From a virus, in the IMG/VR virus record IMGVR_UViG_3300023213_000238: a DNA stretch of 64,000 nucleotides; one strand, written 5' to 3'. Made by a program: the position numbers and the translations under genes. Of this stretch, positions 8,494 through 18,059 are shown piece after piece (within the stretch, counting starts at the first letter, position 1; every line of letters begins with the position of its first letter). The notes under the pieces were generated by a model that made no database searches, was not told the origin of the DNA, and saw only the letters and a list, made by a program, of their open reading frames with translations.

Positions 8494-9516
8494 TCACTGC
8501 CAGTCGCCCTCGATATCCACATTCCCTAGATAGGTTGCCTGCGACGTCGCGCAGGTCGAACTGAGAGTCGTATAGCTCAGGCTCGCCGAGGCCGCGTAAA
8601 CGCAGCCGGTACCGCCGGCACCCGCGCAAGTAGTACGAAGGTTCGTATTGGCTGTTTCTCCGGCGCACGCTTGAGCGCAGTTGCAAAGATTGGCGCCGTC
8701 TGTGACCTGCCAGGTATGAGTTCCGGCACCGACAGCCGCAACGGAAACGCGACCTTTAACAGCATTGACGGTGAAAGCGCGAGCCGGAAGAACGCCACCG
8801 CCATAGGTCTGAGCCCCGGCCGGGATCGCTGCGTTCACGAAGAATGAACTCAACGTGAACGGCGTAGTGCTCCTGATGTAGCCGTCAAACGTGCCCGTGA
8901 TTTGATTGGTCCCGTTGTTCTGGTAGGCAAACAACAGCCCGGCACCGCTCATCACGACCCCATTCGTGTTGAACGTATGAGCAGTACCGGTTGCAGCTGG
9001 TGTTGCCTGGATAAACAAAGCAGCACCCGAATTGCCTACCGTACCATTCACGTCCAACGCGAAACTGCCTGCGGCAGCACGGCCTATGCCGAGACCACCC
9101 GCGCCGGGACCCAGCTGCATCCTTTGCGTTGGCGTAAAGGTATTACCAATCGTGAGACCCGTATCCGAGAACCAGCGCAAAGATCCATCAAAGGCAGAAT
9201 TCCAGATCGATGCTAAGTTCGTCTTTGCCACCCATGCGGCGCCATTCCAAGCAGCGCCGCCTGACAAGAACAGCTCGGCCGGCGCTTCTGACATAATGAA
9301 GCCGCCATCATCCACCGTTGAATTGGAGCGAAGGTGGATTTGAGTCTGATTGGTCCCGCTGCGGATGTCTAGCTGATAGGCAGGTACACCGCCCCAGTCA
9401 CCGCCCGAAATGTTTCCCTTCCCAAATTGCTGCGCCGCCAGAGCAAGCATCGGCATAACCGACACGATGCCGGCGAGCGTCAGCGCGATCAGTTTATGCC
9501 ATCCGAATCGTTTCAT
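8494..9516 (-). CDS. spike/fibre-like beta-rich protein with signal-peptide-like N-terminus and Cys-rich C-domain
   Basis: Start moved to MKRFGWHKLIALTLAG..ALA-AQQ; G/T/A-rich body; CNCAQAC..C..C..C tail. Confidence 0.55.
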   Translation of the reverse strand: MKRFGWHKLIALTLAGIVSVMPMLALAAQQFGKGNISGGDWGGVPAYQLDIRSGTNQTQIHLRSNSTVDDGGFIMSEAPAELFLSGGAAWNGAAWVAKTNLASIWNSAFDGSLRWFSDTGLTIGNTFTPTQRMQLGPGAGGLGIGRAAAGSFALDVNGTVGNSGAALFIQATPAATGTAHTFNTNGVVMSGAGLLFAYQNNGTNQITGTFDGYIRSTTPFTLSSFFVNAAIPAGAQTYGGGVLPARAFTVNAVKGRVSVAAVGAGTHTWQVTDGANLCNCAQACAGETANTNLRTTCAGAGGTGCVYAASASLSYTTLSSTCATSQATYLGNVDIEGDWQ

Positions 9517-9518
9517 AG

Positions 9519-9704
9519 CTAGCAAGCCTCCGGACACGCTGAAGAGCAGAATCCACAAGGAGAAGACGGTTGAGTCGGTCGAACAGCAGGCTGATCTTGC
9601 TGCGGCGGGGGCGGACTCTGCTGCGCAAGTTTCATGGCACCGAACGTCAAAGCTCCGCCGATCGCGATCGCACCAGCAACTTTCTTGACCGTGTCACTGT
9701 TCAT
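9519..9704 (-). CDS. small membrane-anchored Pro/Cys-rich protein
   Basis: N-terminal hydrophobic helix; CGFCSSACPEAC tail; coupled to neighbours. Confidence 0.5.
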   Translation of the reverse strand: MNSDTVKKVAGAIAIGGALTFGAMKLAQQSPPPPQQDQPAVRPTQPSSPCGFCSSACPEAC

Positions 9705-11166
9705 AGACTCGTGCTCCGCTCATCATGTCTACGATCGACTTTGGCGACTGCGCCCGCATGTTCGCGAGCGTGAAGTTGTTTCCCTCGATCGTGATCTCGG
9801 TCGTCGCTCCGAGCGCGTACCCGGTATTGGTGATGAAGGAGGCGCCTTCAGAAACGTTGATGCCTGTTGTATTGCTAGATCCTGTTACCCCGCTGGACGG
9901 GAAGACCACTGCATAGGTTACCTTGCCAACGAGAGAGTGCGCTGTCGGACAATTTGAAATATCGTAGCTTTGCGCGGCGAGAATCCCGGAACCCTTTGTC
10001 GTATTGCCGCCGAACCATTGGATACCGACCGAACCCCCCTGACTATTGCAGTTGAGGCGATCTTCCTGGAGCAATCCCCCGAGTATGTTCTCGAGGCGAA
10101 AGGCTGCGATCGTCTGATTCTTGCAGGAGTTGCCGATCGTATTGAGCCAACCGATCCCAACATCAAGACAGATCGCGCCGTTGTCGACGACATTGCGCTG
10201 AACTGCTAACGTCATCGGTACGGTGTTCGATTGATCCACGGCGAGGAAACGCCCGCCAGCCGGAAGAGTTGCATAGTTGTCGTCGACCTCAAGCCGCGAA
10301 GCGGTGAAGCTCCGGATTGCACCGAGCGAACCAGATCCTGTCGTAGCAAAGCTGTTGTACCTGATATTCGCAAAGCCCTCGGTTCGAATGCCAACCGAGA
10401 TACCACTGAACTTGATCTTCTGGATCGAATAGCGACCATCTGTTCGGTTGGTCGTGTTGGTATCCGTGATGAGCAAACCGCCGGCACCCGCGACCGAGCC
10501 CGTATTTGGGCCGGCCGGCAGCGCGACTGCCGAATTGATCACAGTGCCCCAGTCATCGATCGCGAACGTGCTGGTAGCGTCGGGACAGGGGTTGTGCATA
10601 TGAGAGATCGTCATGGTTGTTGCAGTATTGTCGACGATCGCAGCCGTCTGTCCTGCTCCAGTCCCGCCAGTGATCACCAAAAGGAAGCGGCGCAAGTCGC
10701 TGGCTGTCCACGTTGCGGTTGAAAGAGTGAAAACGTCAAAGGCAGAGCCAGTATTGCAGGTCGTTGATGTGAACGTACCAGTCGCGGGACCTGTCGTAGG
10801 CGTCGCGGTGATCAGTGTACCAGCAATCGTCATGAAGGCGCCATTCGCTGGCGTGACGTTTCCTTCCTGCTGGAAGTTATAGATGTACGCGCCTGTATAG
10901 TTGCCTGATGCGATCGTGACATTGGCGGGCTGCTGCATCCGCTTCGGTATTTTGTTGATCGCAGCTTGGATCGTCGCGCATGCCGACGCACCTGACGCAG
11001 TACAGGCATTCGAATCGGAGCCGAGAGTACCGTCGACGAACAGATTGAGCGTCACGGTGTTGGTCAGCTGAGAGTTCTTGGCCAAGTCGCCCTGAGTCGG
11101 CGCCAAGTCCTGCGCAACTGCGACAGATGCAAGCAGAACCGCTATGGCAAGAGATCGTTTCATCAT
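9694..11166 (-). CDS. receptor-binding spike/depolymerase-like protein (parallel beta-helix candidate) with signal peptide
   Basis: Start moved to MMKRSLAIAVLLASVAVA-QDL (ATGA overlap); LFVDGTLGSDSNACT..ACATIQAAI is typical of pectin-lyase-fold N-caps; N/G/T-rich repeats. Confidence 0.6.
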   Translation of the reverse strand: MMKRSLAIAVLLASVAVAQDLAPTQGDLAKNSQLTNTVTLNLFVDGTLGSDSNACTASGASACATIQAAINKIPKRMQQPANVTIASGNYTGAYIYNFQQEGNVTPANGAFMTIAGTLITATPTTGPATGTFTSTTCNTGSAFDVFTLSTATWTASDLRRFLLVITGGTGAGQTAAIVDNTATTMTISHMHNPCPDATSTFAIDDWGTVINSAVALPAGPNTGSVAGAGGLLITDTNTTNRTDGRYSIQKIKFSGISVGIRTEGFANIRYNSFATTGSGSLGAIRSFTASRLEVDDNYATLPAGGRFLAVDQSNTVPMTLAVQRNVVDNGAICLDVGIGWLNTIGNSCKNQTIAAFRLENILGGLLQEDRLNCNSQGGSVGIQWFGGNTTKGSGILAAQSYDISNCPTAHSLVGKVTYAVVFPSSGVTGSSNTTGINVSEGASFITNTGYALGATTEITIEGNNFTLANMRAQSPKSIVDMMSGARVYEQ

Positions 11167-11399
11167 TTCCTCAGAAAGAACCAGAGACCTACGAGGCCCA
11201 CGCTGCCGATAATCCACGGCCATGCGCTCGGACCGAGAACTCCGCGGCCAGTGAGAGAGGCAACCGTCCACGATGGAGCAATTAGACCCTGGCTGGCGTA
11301 GCATGCTTTATAGGCCTCGGGATCAGGCTTCGAACCATAGGGACCACTGGCCTGATCACAACGAAGACCGGGGATTTGAGAAAAATCATTGAGAATCAT
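11163..11399 (-). CDS. small virion membrane protein
   Basis: MILNDFSQ leader; C-terminal TM WPWIIGSVGLVGLWFFLRK. Confidence 0.6.
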   Translation of the reverse strand: MILNDFSQIPGLRCDQASGPYGSKPDPEAYKACYASQGLIAPSWTVASLTGRGVLGPSAWPWIIGSVGLVGLWFFLRK

Positions 11400-11408
11400 T
11401 GATAGCTC

Positions 11409-11876
11409 CTATGAACACTCGATCGAGGTAACGGCCGTTGCTGCGGTATCTGAGATGCAGGATGGTGTCACGCTCGCGGAAATCGGATAGGTAATGCAGG
11501 AGCTGATGGTTAGAACGTCGCCCGGATTCGTATTGCCCATCACGGGCGTAACACCGTCGATCCGGCACTTCACTTTGGGCGAGCCGGGATTCTCGGGCGA
11601 GTTGCAGAGCGTAATGACCCTTCGGTTTGCCAGCTGAGATGATGGAGTCGACACGGCTGTCACACCGACTGAAGTGATCTTTTCAGCGGGAGTTCCGCAA
11701 AGCTGTGGAGTCGTGTTGACGCTACCGATCGAGACCGATCCAGAAGTGAGACTGACTAGCCAGGAACCGCGGTTACCCGGCGTTCCCTGATTGCACACGG
11801 TCTCTTGCGACCAGCCTATGCTCGAATAGAACAGCATCACCAGAATCGCGGCGATCGCTTGAAGTTTCCGCGTCAT
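11409..11876 (-). CDS. Cys-rich beta protein with signal peptide
   Basis: Start moved to MTRKLQAIAAILVMLFYSSIGWS-QET (ATGA overlap); several Cys. Confidence 0.55.
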   Translation of the reverse strand: MTRKLQAIAAILVMLFYSSIGWSQETVCNQGTPGNRGSWLVSLTSGSVSIGSVNTTPQLCGTPAEKITSVGVTAVSTPSSQLANRRVITLCNSPENPGSPKVKCRIDGVTPVMGNTNPGDVLTISSCITYPISASVTPSCISDTAATAVTSIECS

Positions 11877-12130
11877 GATTTCCTCGACGAGAAAATAGCA
11901 CCAAGAATCCTCGTGATGGCCCAGACGCCGACGCCGGTCGTGATGCCGACGAGGATCGCAGTGCGGTGCTTGGGATGCATGAACTCTTCTTCCGCAACCG
12001 CTACCGCTGCGCCCGCTACCTCGGGAATCTGTGCGTAGGCTCCGAAACCACGCACCAGATGGCGTCGGCGATTCCTTCGCCAACCCGCATCGGCCCCAGC
12101 ATGGCCATCTCTGAAATCAGCGAGAATCAT
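11873..12130 (-). CDS. small virion membrane protein
   Basis: MILADFRD leader, Arg patch, RGFGAY motif, C-terminal TM; TGATG overlap. Confidence 0.6.
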   Translation of the reverse strand: MILADFRDGHAGADAGWRRNRRRHLVRGFGAYAQIPEVAGAAVAVAEEEFMHPKHRTAILVGITTGVGVWAITRILGAIFSSRKS

Positions 12131-12444
12131 CAGTATCTGTACCGCCGCCTATATCGACCCAGCATCTTGCCGCCGCGCCTGCGACCTCCACGCTTCTTCA
12201 ACGCGCTTCTGCGTCCAGTCGGCTCAACCGCAACGTTCAACGAACCAACACAGGACTTCATCAGCCCGGCGCGCATACGCCATGATCCACCTGTAGCTTT
12301 GACGGCCTTCTTACCGCTCCACACGTAGCAGCGAGACGAAATCTTCTTCGCCACGTTGAAAAAAGATGGACCCCAGGTTGGATGGCCAGGAAACTTGAAG
12401 TGATCCCCGACTTTGAGATCCTTGAAGCGAGTGAGCTTACTCAT
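12130..12444 (-). CDS. basic protein with Arg-rich tail
   Basis: Start moved to MSKLTRF (ATGA overlap); tail RGGRRRGGKMLGRYRRRYRY. Confidence 0.55.
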   Translation of the reverse strand: MSKLTRFKDLKVGDHFKFPGHPTWGPSFFNVAKKISSRCYVWSGKKAVKATGGSWRMRAGLMKSCVGSLNVAVEPTGRRSALKKRGGRRRGGKMLGRYRRRYRY

Positions 12445-12797
12445 CGGAGTTTCCTCGAGAACCACGTGACAAGGTTGGCCGCGTGCCAGATTGGATCGCC
12501 GCACGGCCGGCATACGTAGACGGACACAGACCCGACGACCATCGTGTCATCGGTCGGCCGCTTGCAGAAAAGGCATTTGCCGCGTGCTTCATCTTTACCT
12601 CGATCGACGCGTACCAATGCAGTTGCAGCCTTGCCGCGGGGCTGCGACGATTCGACGACTAGATCCGAAGCCCTGGCGGTCACCACGCGCTGCGACGGCT
12701 TGAACTGCCGAGGGTCGAGATTGAACTTTTTGTTTCCCATCGAGGAAGATCCCCAACGCTGTGAGGGCGTGTTCTGCCGCTTTGAAGATACCATCAT
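12441..12797 (-). CDS. hypothetical protein with CxxC..CxxC zinc finger
   Basis: CLFC..CRPC; ATGA overlap. Confidence 0.5.
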   Translation of the reverse strand: MMVSSKRQNTPSQRWGSSSMGNKKFNLDPRQFKPSQRVVTARASDLVVESSQPRGKAATALVRVDRGKDEARGKCLFCKRPTDDTMVVGSVSVYVCRPCGDPIWHAANLVTWFSRKLR

Positions 12798-13174
12798 TCA
12801 TCTGTCCAGTCCTCTGGTCCGTCGGAGTTCACCGTGACTGGAGAATCCGTCAGGAGCGAAGTACCAGGGCTTGTCTCCAGCTCGACGGACGTTAGTGGAC
12901 CTTCGATCACGCTCACGTCACGGCCCTGGCGCGGCGTGAAAGTCGGCTCTTGCTCGAGACGGCGATCCAATTCTTCCTTTTCTCGTTCCAAATGTGGAGC
13001 GTAATACTGCCCCGGAAAACTGATTTGCTTGATTCGCTGAGCCGCCGCAATCAGCTTAGTCTTCAGCTGTCCGTTTTCTCGGCGCAACGCCTCATTTTCG
13101 TCGACGAGATCCTCATTCGCCTTCATGGTTCTCGCGAGCAGAAACTTCAACCGTTGATCATAGCCTTCACTCAT
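12794..13174 (-). CDS. coiled-coil protein
   Basis: Heptads in NEDLVDENEALRRENGQLKTKL; ATGA overlap at 13171-13174. Confidence 0.55.
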   Translation of the reverse strand: MSEGYDQRLKFLLARTMKANEDLVDENEALRRENGQLKTKLIAAAQRIKQISFPGQYYAPHLEREKEELDRRLEQEPTFTPRQGRDVSVIEGPLTSVELETSPGTSLLTDSPVTVNSDGPEDWTDE

Positions 13175-13836
13175 CGCTCGCAACCTCCTAGCGCCTTGCT
13201 GCGGCGCTTGCCTCTAGGGCGCCGACCTCTTCGATGGCTACCAAGCTGCAAGTAGTCATCCTCATCCTGATAGTCCTCGAGACGCTGTTCAGGATCGACC
13301 TCGTATGGGTGTGAGTAGTCATCGTCATCGAGCGCATTACCGTCGTCGTCAGCATCACCGAACGATTTCTTGCGATCCTTTTTCATCGAGCTGTAAGCCC
13401 ACCAACCGAGACCCGCGATCCCCAAGATTCCGAGCATGAGACCGACGGGCATTCCGGCGCCCGTGCTAGGCGCTGCACGCGCAAGGCTCGGAGCGATGCT
13501 TTTCTGGAAGTTCTGAACTTGATTGAGCAGCATAGCGGGAGCGACCTGCTGATCAGTCATCTGCTTTACCAGCGCTTCGAGAGAATTCGATGCCGCGATA
13601 ATGTCGCTCTTCCAAGCAGCGACCGGAGCGCCCCCCGACAGAACCTGGATACGCCGAAGCTCGAGATTTTGAATCGCCTGATCGATCGCCGCCGCTTGTC
13701 CGCCGTCGTTGCCGCCGGAGGCCGTCAGATATTGTCGAGCCTGGCCCACCAGAGCCTGAAAATTCGACAGGAGCTGCTGCATCGCGGGATCGAGCGCCGC
13801 TGCGCCGGGTTCCACATGCGTAAGAGCGGTTTCCAT
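13171..13836 (-). CDS. membrane protein with acidic then basic tail
   Basis: Helical N-domain, TM LMLGILGIAGLGWWAY, KSFGDADDD motif, Arg-rich end. Confidence 0.6.
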   Translation of the reverse strand: METALTHVEPGAAALDPAMQQLLSNFQALVGQARQYLTASGGNDGGQAAAIDQAIQNLELRRIQVLSGGAPVAAWKSDIIAASNSLEALVKQMTDQQVAPAMLLNQVQNFQKSIAPSLARAAPSTGAGMPVGLMLGILGIAGLGWWAYSSMKKDRKKSFGDADDDGNALDDDDYSHPYEVDPEQRLEDYQDEDDYLQLGSHRRGRRPRGKRRSKALGGCER

Positions 13837-14817
13837 TTAGAGTCTCCCGTACCTCGCGACGTCGACGAAGAGCCCGCTCAATCGTGCGGCACCGCTGTTG
13901 TCCACCATCACAATACCGCCATCGTCGGCTGCCAGTCGAGTAATACCGCCCGTGAGAACCTGGAACGGGTTCTGCGTCGCTAGGTTACCGGACGTGCCGA
14001 TCGAGCTGAAAGATCCCCAGGTGACATCCTCGAAGATCGGATTCGTGAGGTTCACAGACCCGTCACTATTCAGGCCAAAATCGTTCGTCGCCTGATAGAT
14101 GATGCGCATCGCAGACGCCATCGCGAGCGAAGAGGCACCGCGTAGCGCGATGATCGTTCTGGTTCCTTCGGTAATCGCGACGGCGGCCTGCCCTTTTTGA
14201 ATGATCTGGTTCGCGCCCTGCAACGCCTGCGTCCAGGGAAACCGCATCGGCCAGTTCAAAGGAGCGTTGTTGAAAGCGCCGCCTGCGGTCAGATCAGTAG
14301 GTTGCTTGATCGGCACCCTCATTCGATGGAAAAGAAGCTCTGGGTTGCCGTGCCACAGCACGTCAGCATCAGGTGTCGTGAAGACGTAGAGCTGGACAAT
14401 ACCACCGCCAAGCCAGCCGAACGGCAACCCGTAGGTGAATCCGTTGAAAGCGCACGACTCAGCGATCGGCTTACCGGTCGGGCGCACGATATGTCCGGGC
14501 TTCAAAATGAAAACGGTGGACTGCGTCGACTTGTCACCGGATCTGAATTGGACTGCCAACGGGGCCTGAGAGGCGGGATGGAGCCCTACGGCGTAACCGC
14601 GCAGCTGGCTCTCGGCCTTCGTCGATGGAATGATGGCTTGGTTTGGTGGCGCCGACAGGATCGCGTTCTGCAACTGCGTACTATCGAAGAACGACTGGAA
14701 CGCGAACTGCTGCACGATCGGCACGGATGGCGAGAGGACGTCTTTATACTGAACTGGCTGAACCAGCTCCGGCGCTCGCTTCATTCGAGGATAATCTGGT
14801 ACCTGTCCGAATCTCAT
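13837..14817 (-). CDS. beta-rich putative structural protein (penton/vertex candidate)
   Basis: Start moved to MRFGQVPD (GAGGAGG SD, ATGA overlap); follows the capsid-like paralogues. Confidence 0.5.
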   Translation of the reverse strand: MRFGQVPDYPRMKRAPELVQPVQYKDVLSPSVPIVQQFAFQSFFDSTQLQNAILSAPPNQAIIPSTKAESQLRGYAVGLHPASQAPLAVQFRSGDKSTQSTVFILKPGHIVRPTGKPIAESCAFNGFTYGLPFGWLGGGIVQLYVFTTPDADVLWHGNPELLFHRMRVPIKQPTDLTAGGAFNNAPLNWPMRFPWTQALQGANQIIQKGQAAVAITEGTRTIIALRGASSLAMASAMRIIYQATNDFGLNSDGSVNLTNPIFEDVTWGSFSSIGTSGNLATQNPFQVLTGGITRLAADDGGIVMVDNSGAARLSGLFVDVARYGRL

Positions 14818-15821
14818 TGCGCCTCCTCGAGCTTCACGTTTCTGTACCCGACTAGGGCCATTTGCAACTGCGCTATGGTGCCGAGAGCACTCACAAGGCC
14901 CGGCGCCGCGAAAAAGGAAGTCGGTGTTGCCGCAGCCGCCAGATTGACGATGAAGAACGTCTTCGGAGCCATCACGGTATTGACCGTCCACGTCTTGTCG
15001 TACAGATGAAATAGGTCGTAGACCGAAGTGAAATCCCTGACGAGAACCGATCCATACGAACTCACCATACGAAGTGTAGTAGTCTCCGAACCGATGAATG
15101 AAGCACCTCTGATATCGGCCTCGCCGCCATTAGGTCCGGAAACATTGTCATCTGTAGCCGTGACTATTCGCCCGTTGAACCGTTGGAGATGCAACGGCGA
15201 ATTGAACGGGTTTACCAGATCAGTTTCTCGCGAAGCATCAGTCGTAGCTGACGATTGATTGTCGACGCGGAAAAATTTGGAGTTCCAGAACGAGACCCAC
15301 GGCGCCTGGATGTACTTCGGTTTCGGATAATTGATGGGCAGGATTCGACCGATGTACGAGATCTCGATGTTGAATGGCGAGGCCGAATCGGTCAGAATCG
15401 TACCACCCGGCATCGCTGGCAGCTGATACTGGAAGCGCGGTTGCAAAATCTCGCCGGGCGGAATGTAAAGCGGCTTTGGAAGGCGCCAGACTCGACCCGT
15501 ACCATCATTCAACTCCTGTGGGTTGAGACTCTTACCAAGAACTCCGAGCGGAACGAATCCGTTCGTTATCGGCAACCGCCCCAACGTGAAGGAGACACCG
15601 GTAAAATCGATCGCCTGTATGAATCCCAGAGTCGCTGCTACGTTTGTCAATACCGGCGTGAAGTGAATCTCGTCGATGAGCATCGGCAAGCGCTCTGGAT
15701 TGGCGAGGAAAGATGTGTCGGGGATGCTGAGCGACTTACCGTTGCTGAATGCCGGCGTCTGCGCAGACAGCAACACTGGATAGGTCGTTCGAAGAATATC
15801 GCGAGGATTGTAGTTAGACAT
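14814..15821 (-). CDS. capsid-like two-domain beta protein, paralogue C
   Basis: Start moved to MSNYNPR (GGAGG SD); LANPERLPMLIDEIHF, WRLPKPLYIPPGE, ETDLVNPFNSP, LVGYR shared with the two upstream genes. Confidence 0.6.
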   Translation of the reverse strand: MSNYNPRDILRTTYPVLLSAQTPAFSNGKSLSIPDTSFLANPERLPMLIDEIHFTPVLTNVAATLGFIQAIDFTGVSFTLGRLPITNGFVPLGVLGKSLNPQELNDGTGRVWRLPKPLYIPPGEILQPRFQYQLPAMPGGTILTDSASPFNIEISYIGRILPINYPKPKYIQAPWVSFWNSKFFRVDNQSSATTDASRETDLVNPFNSPLHLQRFNGRIVTATDDNVSGPNGGEADIRGASFIGSETTTLRMVSSYGSVLVRDFTSVYDLFHLYDKTWTVNTVMAPKTFFIVNLAAAATPTSFFAAPGLVSALGTIAQLQMALVGYRNVKLEEAQ

Positions 15822-16791
15822 GGAGTGCCTCCTCCCGCCAACCAATCAGCGAGACCATCGGCGAAATGTTGCTGTTCGCTGGAGCACTGTAGTAGAAAGT
15901 GTAGCGATCGCGAGGCAGCAAAATTGATGGCGCGGTCCAGGATCGCCGAGCCGGATTGAAAACCGACGGCCACGTTGTGTACTCGCGAATTACGTCGCGA
16001 CCACGAGCATCCGACATCTTGACGATAAACTGTTGAGGATTCGGCGTCGAGCCAACGAAGGCACTGCTCTGTAGCTCATCAAGCGCGCCGGCTCCGCCTT
16101 GATCCGATCTTTGTAGCCGACCGACAAAGCGCTGTATATGAAGCGGCGTCATGAACGCATTGTAGAGATCCGTATCCGCGCTGATCGCGGCAGTCGCTCC
16201 GCGCTTTCCGATGAAGCTCGCCACGTACGGCACTGCGATTTGCCGTGGGACAGGCGTATTATCGGGAAGCCGCCGACCGCTATAGCTGATGGTCGCGCGC
16301 ACCGTCGCAACAGGCGACGACTCGTTGGTTCGGCTGAAAGATGGAACTAGAACCTGTCCGGGGCTGATGAAGAGCGGCGCCGGCAATTTCCATCTAAATC
16401 GACTGTAAGTGGCTGGTATAGCCGTGACGTCAACACCATTTTGTCCTTGAATGTTTTCAGATTGAACCTTCCCTGCGTTAGAGAACGAGACACTATTGCT
16501 GAGCATGATCGGGCCGAAGAGCCAGACTGGAATCGATCCAGACGTGATGCCGATACGGCCGAGGTCGAGCTTGACGCGGACCGAACCCCCAAAGTTCAAC
16601 AGTCCGCTCGCAACGGCGACAGAGTGCTTCAGAATGATGTTGATCTCGTCGATCACCATCGGCTGCCTGTACTGATTCTGCAACAGGCCAAGATCTGGAA
16701 TGACGGCCCCTGACGGCTCCGAGAGATTGACGCCCGCAGCCAGCAGGATCGGGACGCCACCCGATTGAAGTGATTGAATAGCCGGTTTCAT
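15814..16791 (-). CDS. capsid-like two-domain beta protein, paralogue B
   Basis: QPMVIDEI, FRWKLPAPLFISPGQ, DTDLYNAF..P, LIGWR. Confidence 0.6.
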   Translation of the reverse strand: MKPAIQSLQSGGVPILLAAGVNLSEPSGAVIPDLGLLQNQYRQPMVIDEINIILKHSVAVASGLLNFGGSVRVKLDLGRIGITSGSIPVWLFGPIMLSNSVSFSNAGKVQSENIQGQNGVDVTAIPATYSRFRWKLPAPLFISPGQVLVPSFSRTNESSPVATVRATISYSGRRLPDNTPVPRQIAVPYVASFIGKRGATAAISADTDLYNAFMTPLHIQRFVGRLQRSDQGGAGALDELQSSAFVGSTPNPQQFIVKMSDARGRDVIREYTTWPSVFNPARRSWTAPSILLPRDRYTFYYSAPANSNISPMVSLIGWREEALHV

Positions 16792-17936
16792 CGCTTGATC
16801 TCCACGTCGCGATAGCCGACGATTGAAATGAACGCCTGCATCAGAAAGGTCGTGTTTTGATCTACTGGAGCAGCCTTCTGTAGCTCTGCCGCATAGAATG
16901 AGCGCGGCGGCATCTGATGCGGTACCTCCCAGCTCTTAGTTGGATGTTGGAACACCGATTGGAACAGCGAGAGGTTCGGGATCAGTGGCTCACCGCGAGA
17001 CGAGAACATTCGGATCGTCAGAAGATTGGAACCGAAGTCCGCAGCATCAATGGTCGGCGTGAGCACGTTGATCGCATTCGCACCGCCCGACTGCGCCGTG
17101 TTGTTCAGCAGATTGATCCTCCCGATCATTCGCTGCACGTTGATCGGGATGTCGAACGGATTCACAAGGTCAGTTTCCTTCGATACCTCTGAATCCGCGA
17201 CCGAATAGGCGTTGAAAACTTTCGATGTGTAGGCCGAGACCCACGGGATCGCGATCTTACCCTTCGGGCGATAACCCGGCGACATCGTGCGCGCCGCATA
17301 GCTCACGATTACAGTCGCAGCCTGCGGAATGAATCCGAGATGCGCGATATGGGGCGTAAGAGCTTGTCCCGGCGCGATGTAAAGCGGCTTGGGAAGATTC
17401 CACCTGAAATGTGCATGGTAATTTCCGCTGTTCTGACCGTTAGACTCACCGCCTGGATCGATTTCGGCGGTGTCGACGCGGAGAGATCTACCGAAGCACC
17501 AGAGCGGAATGAATCCCGACGTGAGATGCTGCTCATCTAGCGTGAAGCTCGCGGCTATCGTGGCGCCTGTCAGAATCGGCAGCGTAGGCAACCCAGCAAG
17601 TCCGCCGATCGGAGACCGGATCTGAAACTTGATCTGATCGATCAGCATCGGAAGATTGAGCGGGTTGCGCAAAGATTCGGCGTTCACGCCGGAGCTGCTG
17701 CCTGCGGTCAGCGTCGCCTGCGCCGCGAGATGGATTGGCGCCTCGGGAAAGCTTCCCGACAACGAGTTCGGAAAATACGGCCCGCGGGGCGCTGGTGCGC
17801 CCGGCACGATTCTCGGCTTTCCCGGAGGAGGTCGGCGAGCCGGTCGTCCTGGAGGTGGCCGAATTGTGACCGGCAATCCAGGAGGAGGTCTTCGGCCCGG
17901 TCGAACTGGAACGCCTGAAGGCGGTGTCGGTGGCAT
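16788..17936 (-). CDS. capsid-like two-domain beta protein, paralogue A, with Pro/Arg-rich N-arm
   Basis: LRNPLNLPMLIDQI, FRWNLPKPLYIAPGQ, ETDLVNPFDIP, IVGYR; AGGAG SD. Confidence 0.6.
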   Translation of the reverse strand: MPPTPPSGVPVRPGRRPPPGLPVTIRPPPGRPARRPPPGKPRIVPGAPAPRGPYFPNSLSGSFPEAPIHLAAQATLTAGSSSGVNAESLRNPLNLPMLIDQIKFQIRSPIGGLAGLPTLPILTGATIAASFTLDEQHLTSGFIPLWCFGRSLRVDTAEIDPGGESNGQNSGNYHAHFRWNLPKPLYIAPGQALTPHIAHLGFIPQAATVIVSYAARTMSPGYRPKGKIAIPWVSAYTSKVFNAYSVADSEVSKETDLVNPFDIPINVQRMIGRINLLNNTAQSGGANAINVLTPTIDAADFGSNLLTIRMFSSRGEPLIPNLSLFQSVFQHPTKSWEVPHQMPPRSFYAAELQKAAPVDQNTTFLMQAFISIVGYRDVEIKR

Positions 17937-17950
17937 CTTCAACTTCTCCT

Positions 17951-18040
17951 GAGTGCTAGCTGCACTCGAAAAACTACGACAGCAACAACAGGCCAGCTCG
18001 ACCGCTCGTGGTAGCTCTTCACCGCCCCCGCGAGCGATCG
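17951..18040 (-). terminator. two hairpins between the capsid gene and the downstream paralogues (attenuator/stability element candidate)
   Basis: 10-bp stem 17999-18008/18031-18040 (one GU pair); GAGTGC-N5-GCACTC at 17951-17967 abutting the next SD; no U-tract. Confidence 0.35.
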
Positions 18041-18059
18041 AAACTGAACCTCTACTGCG

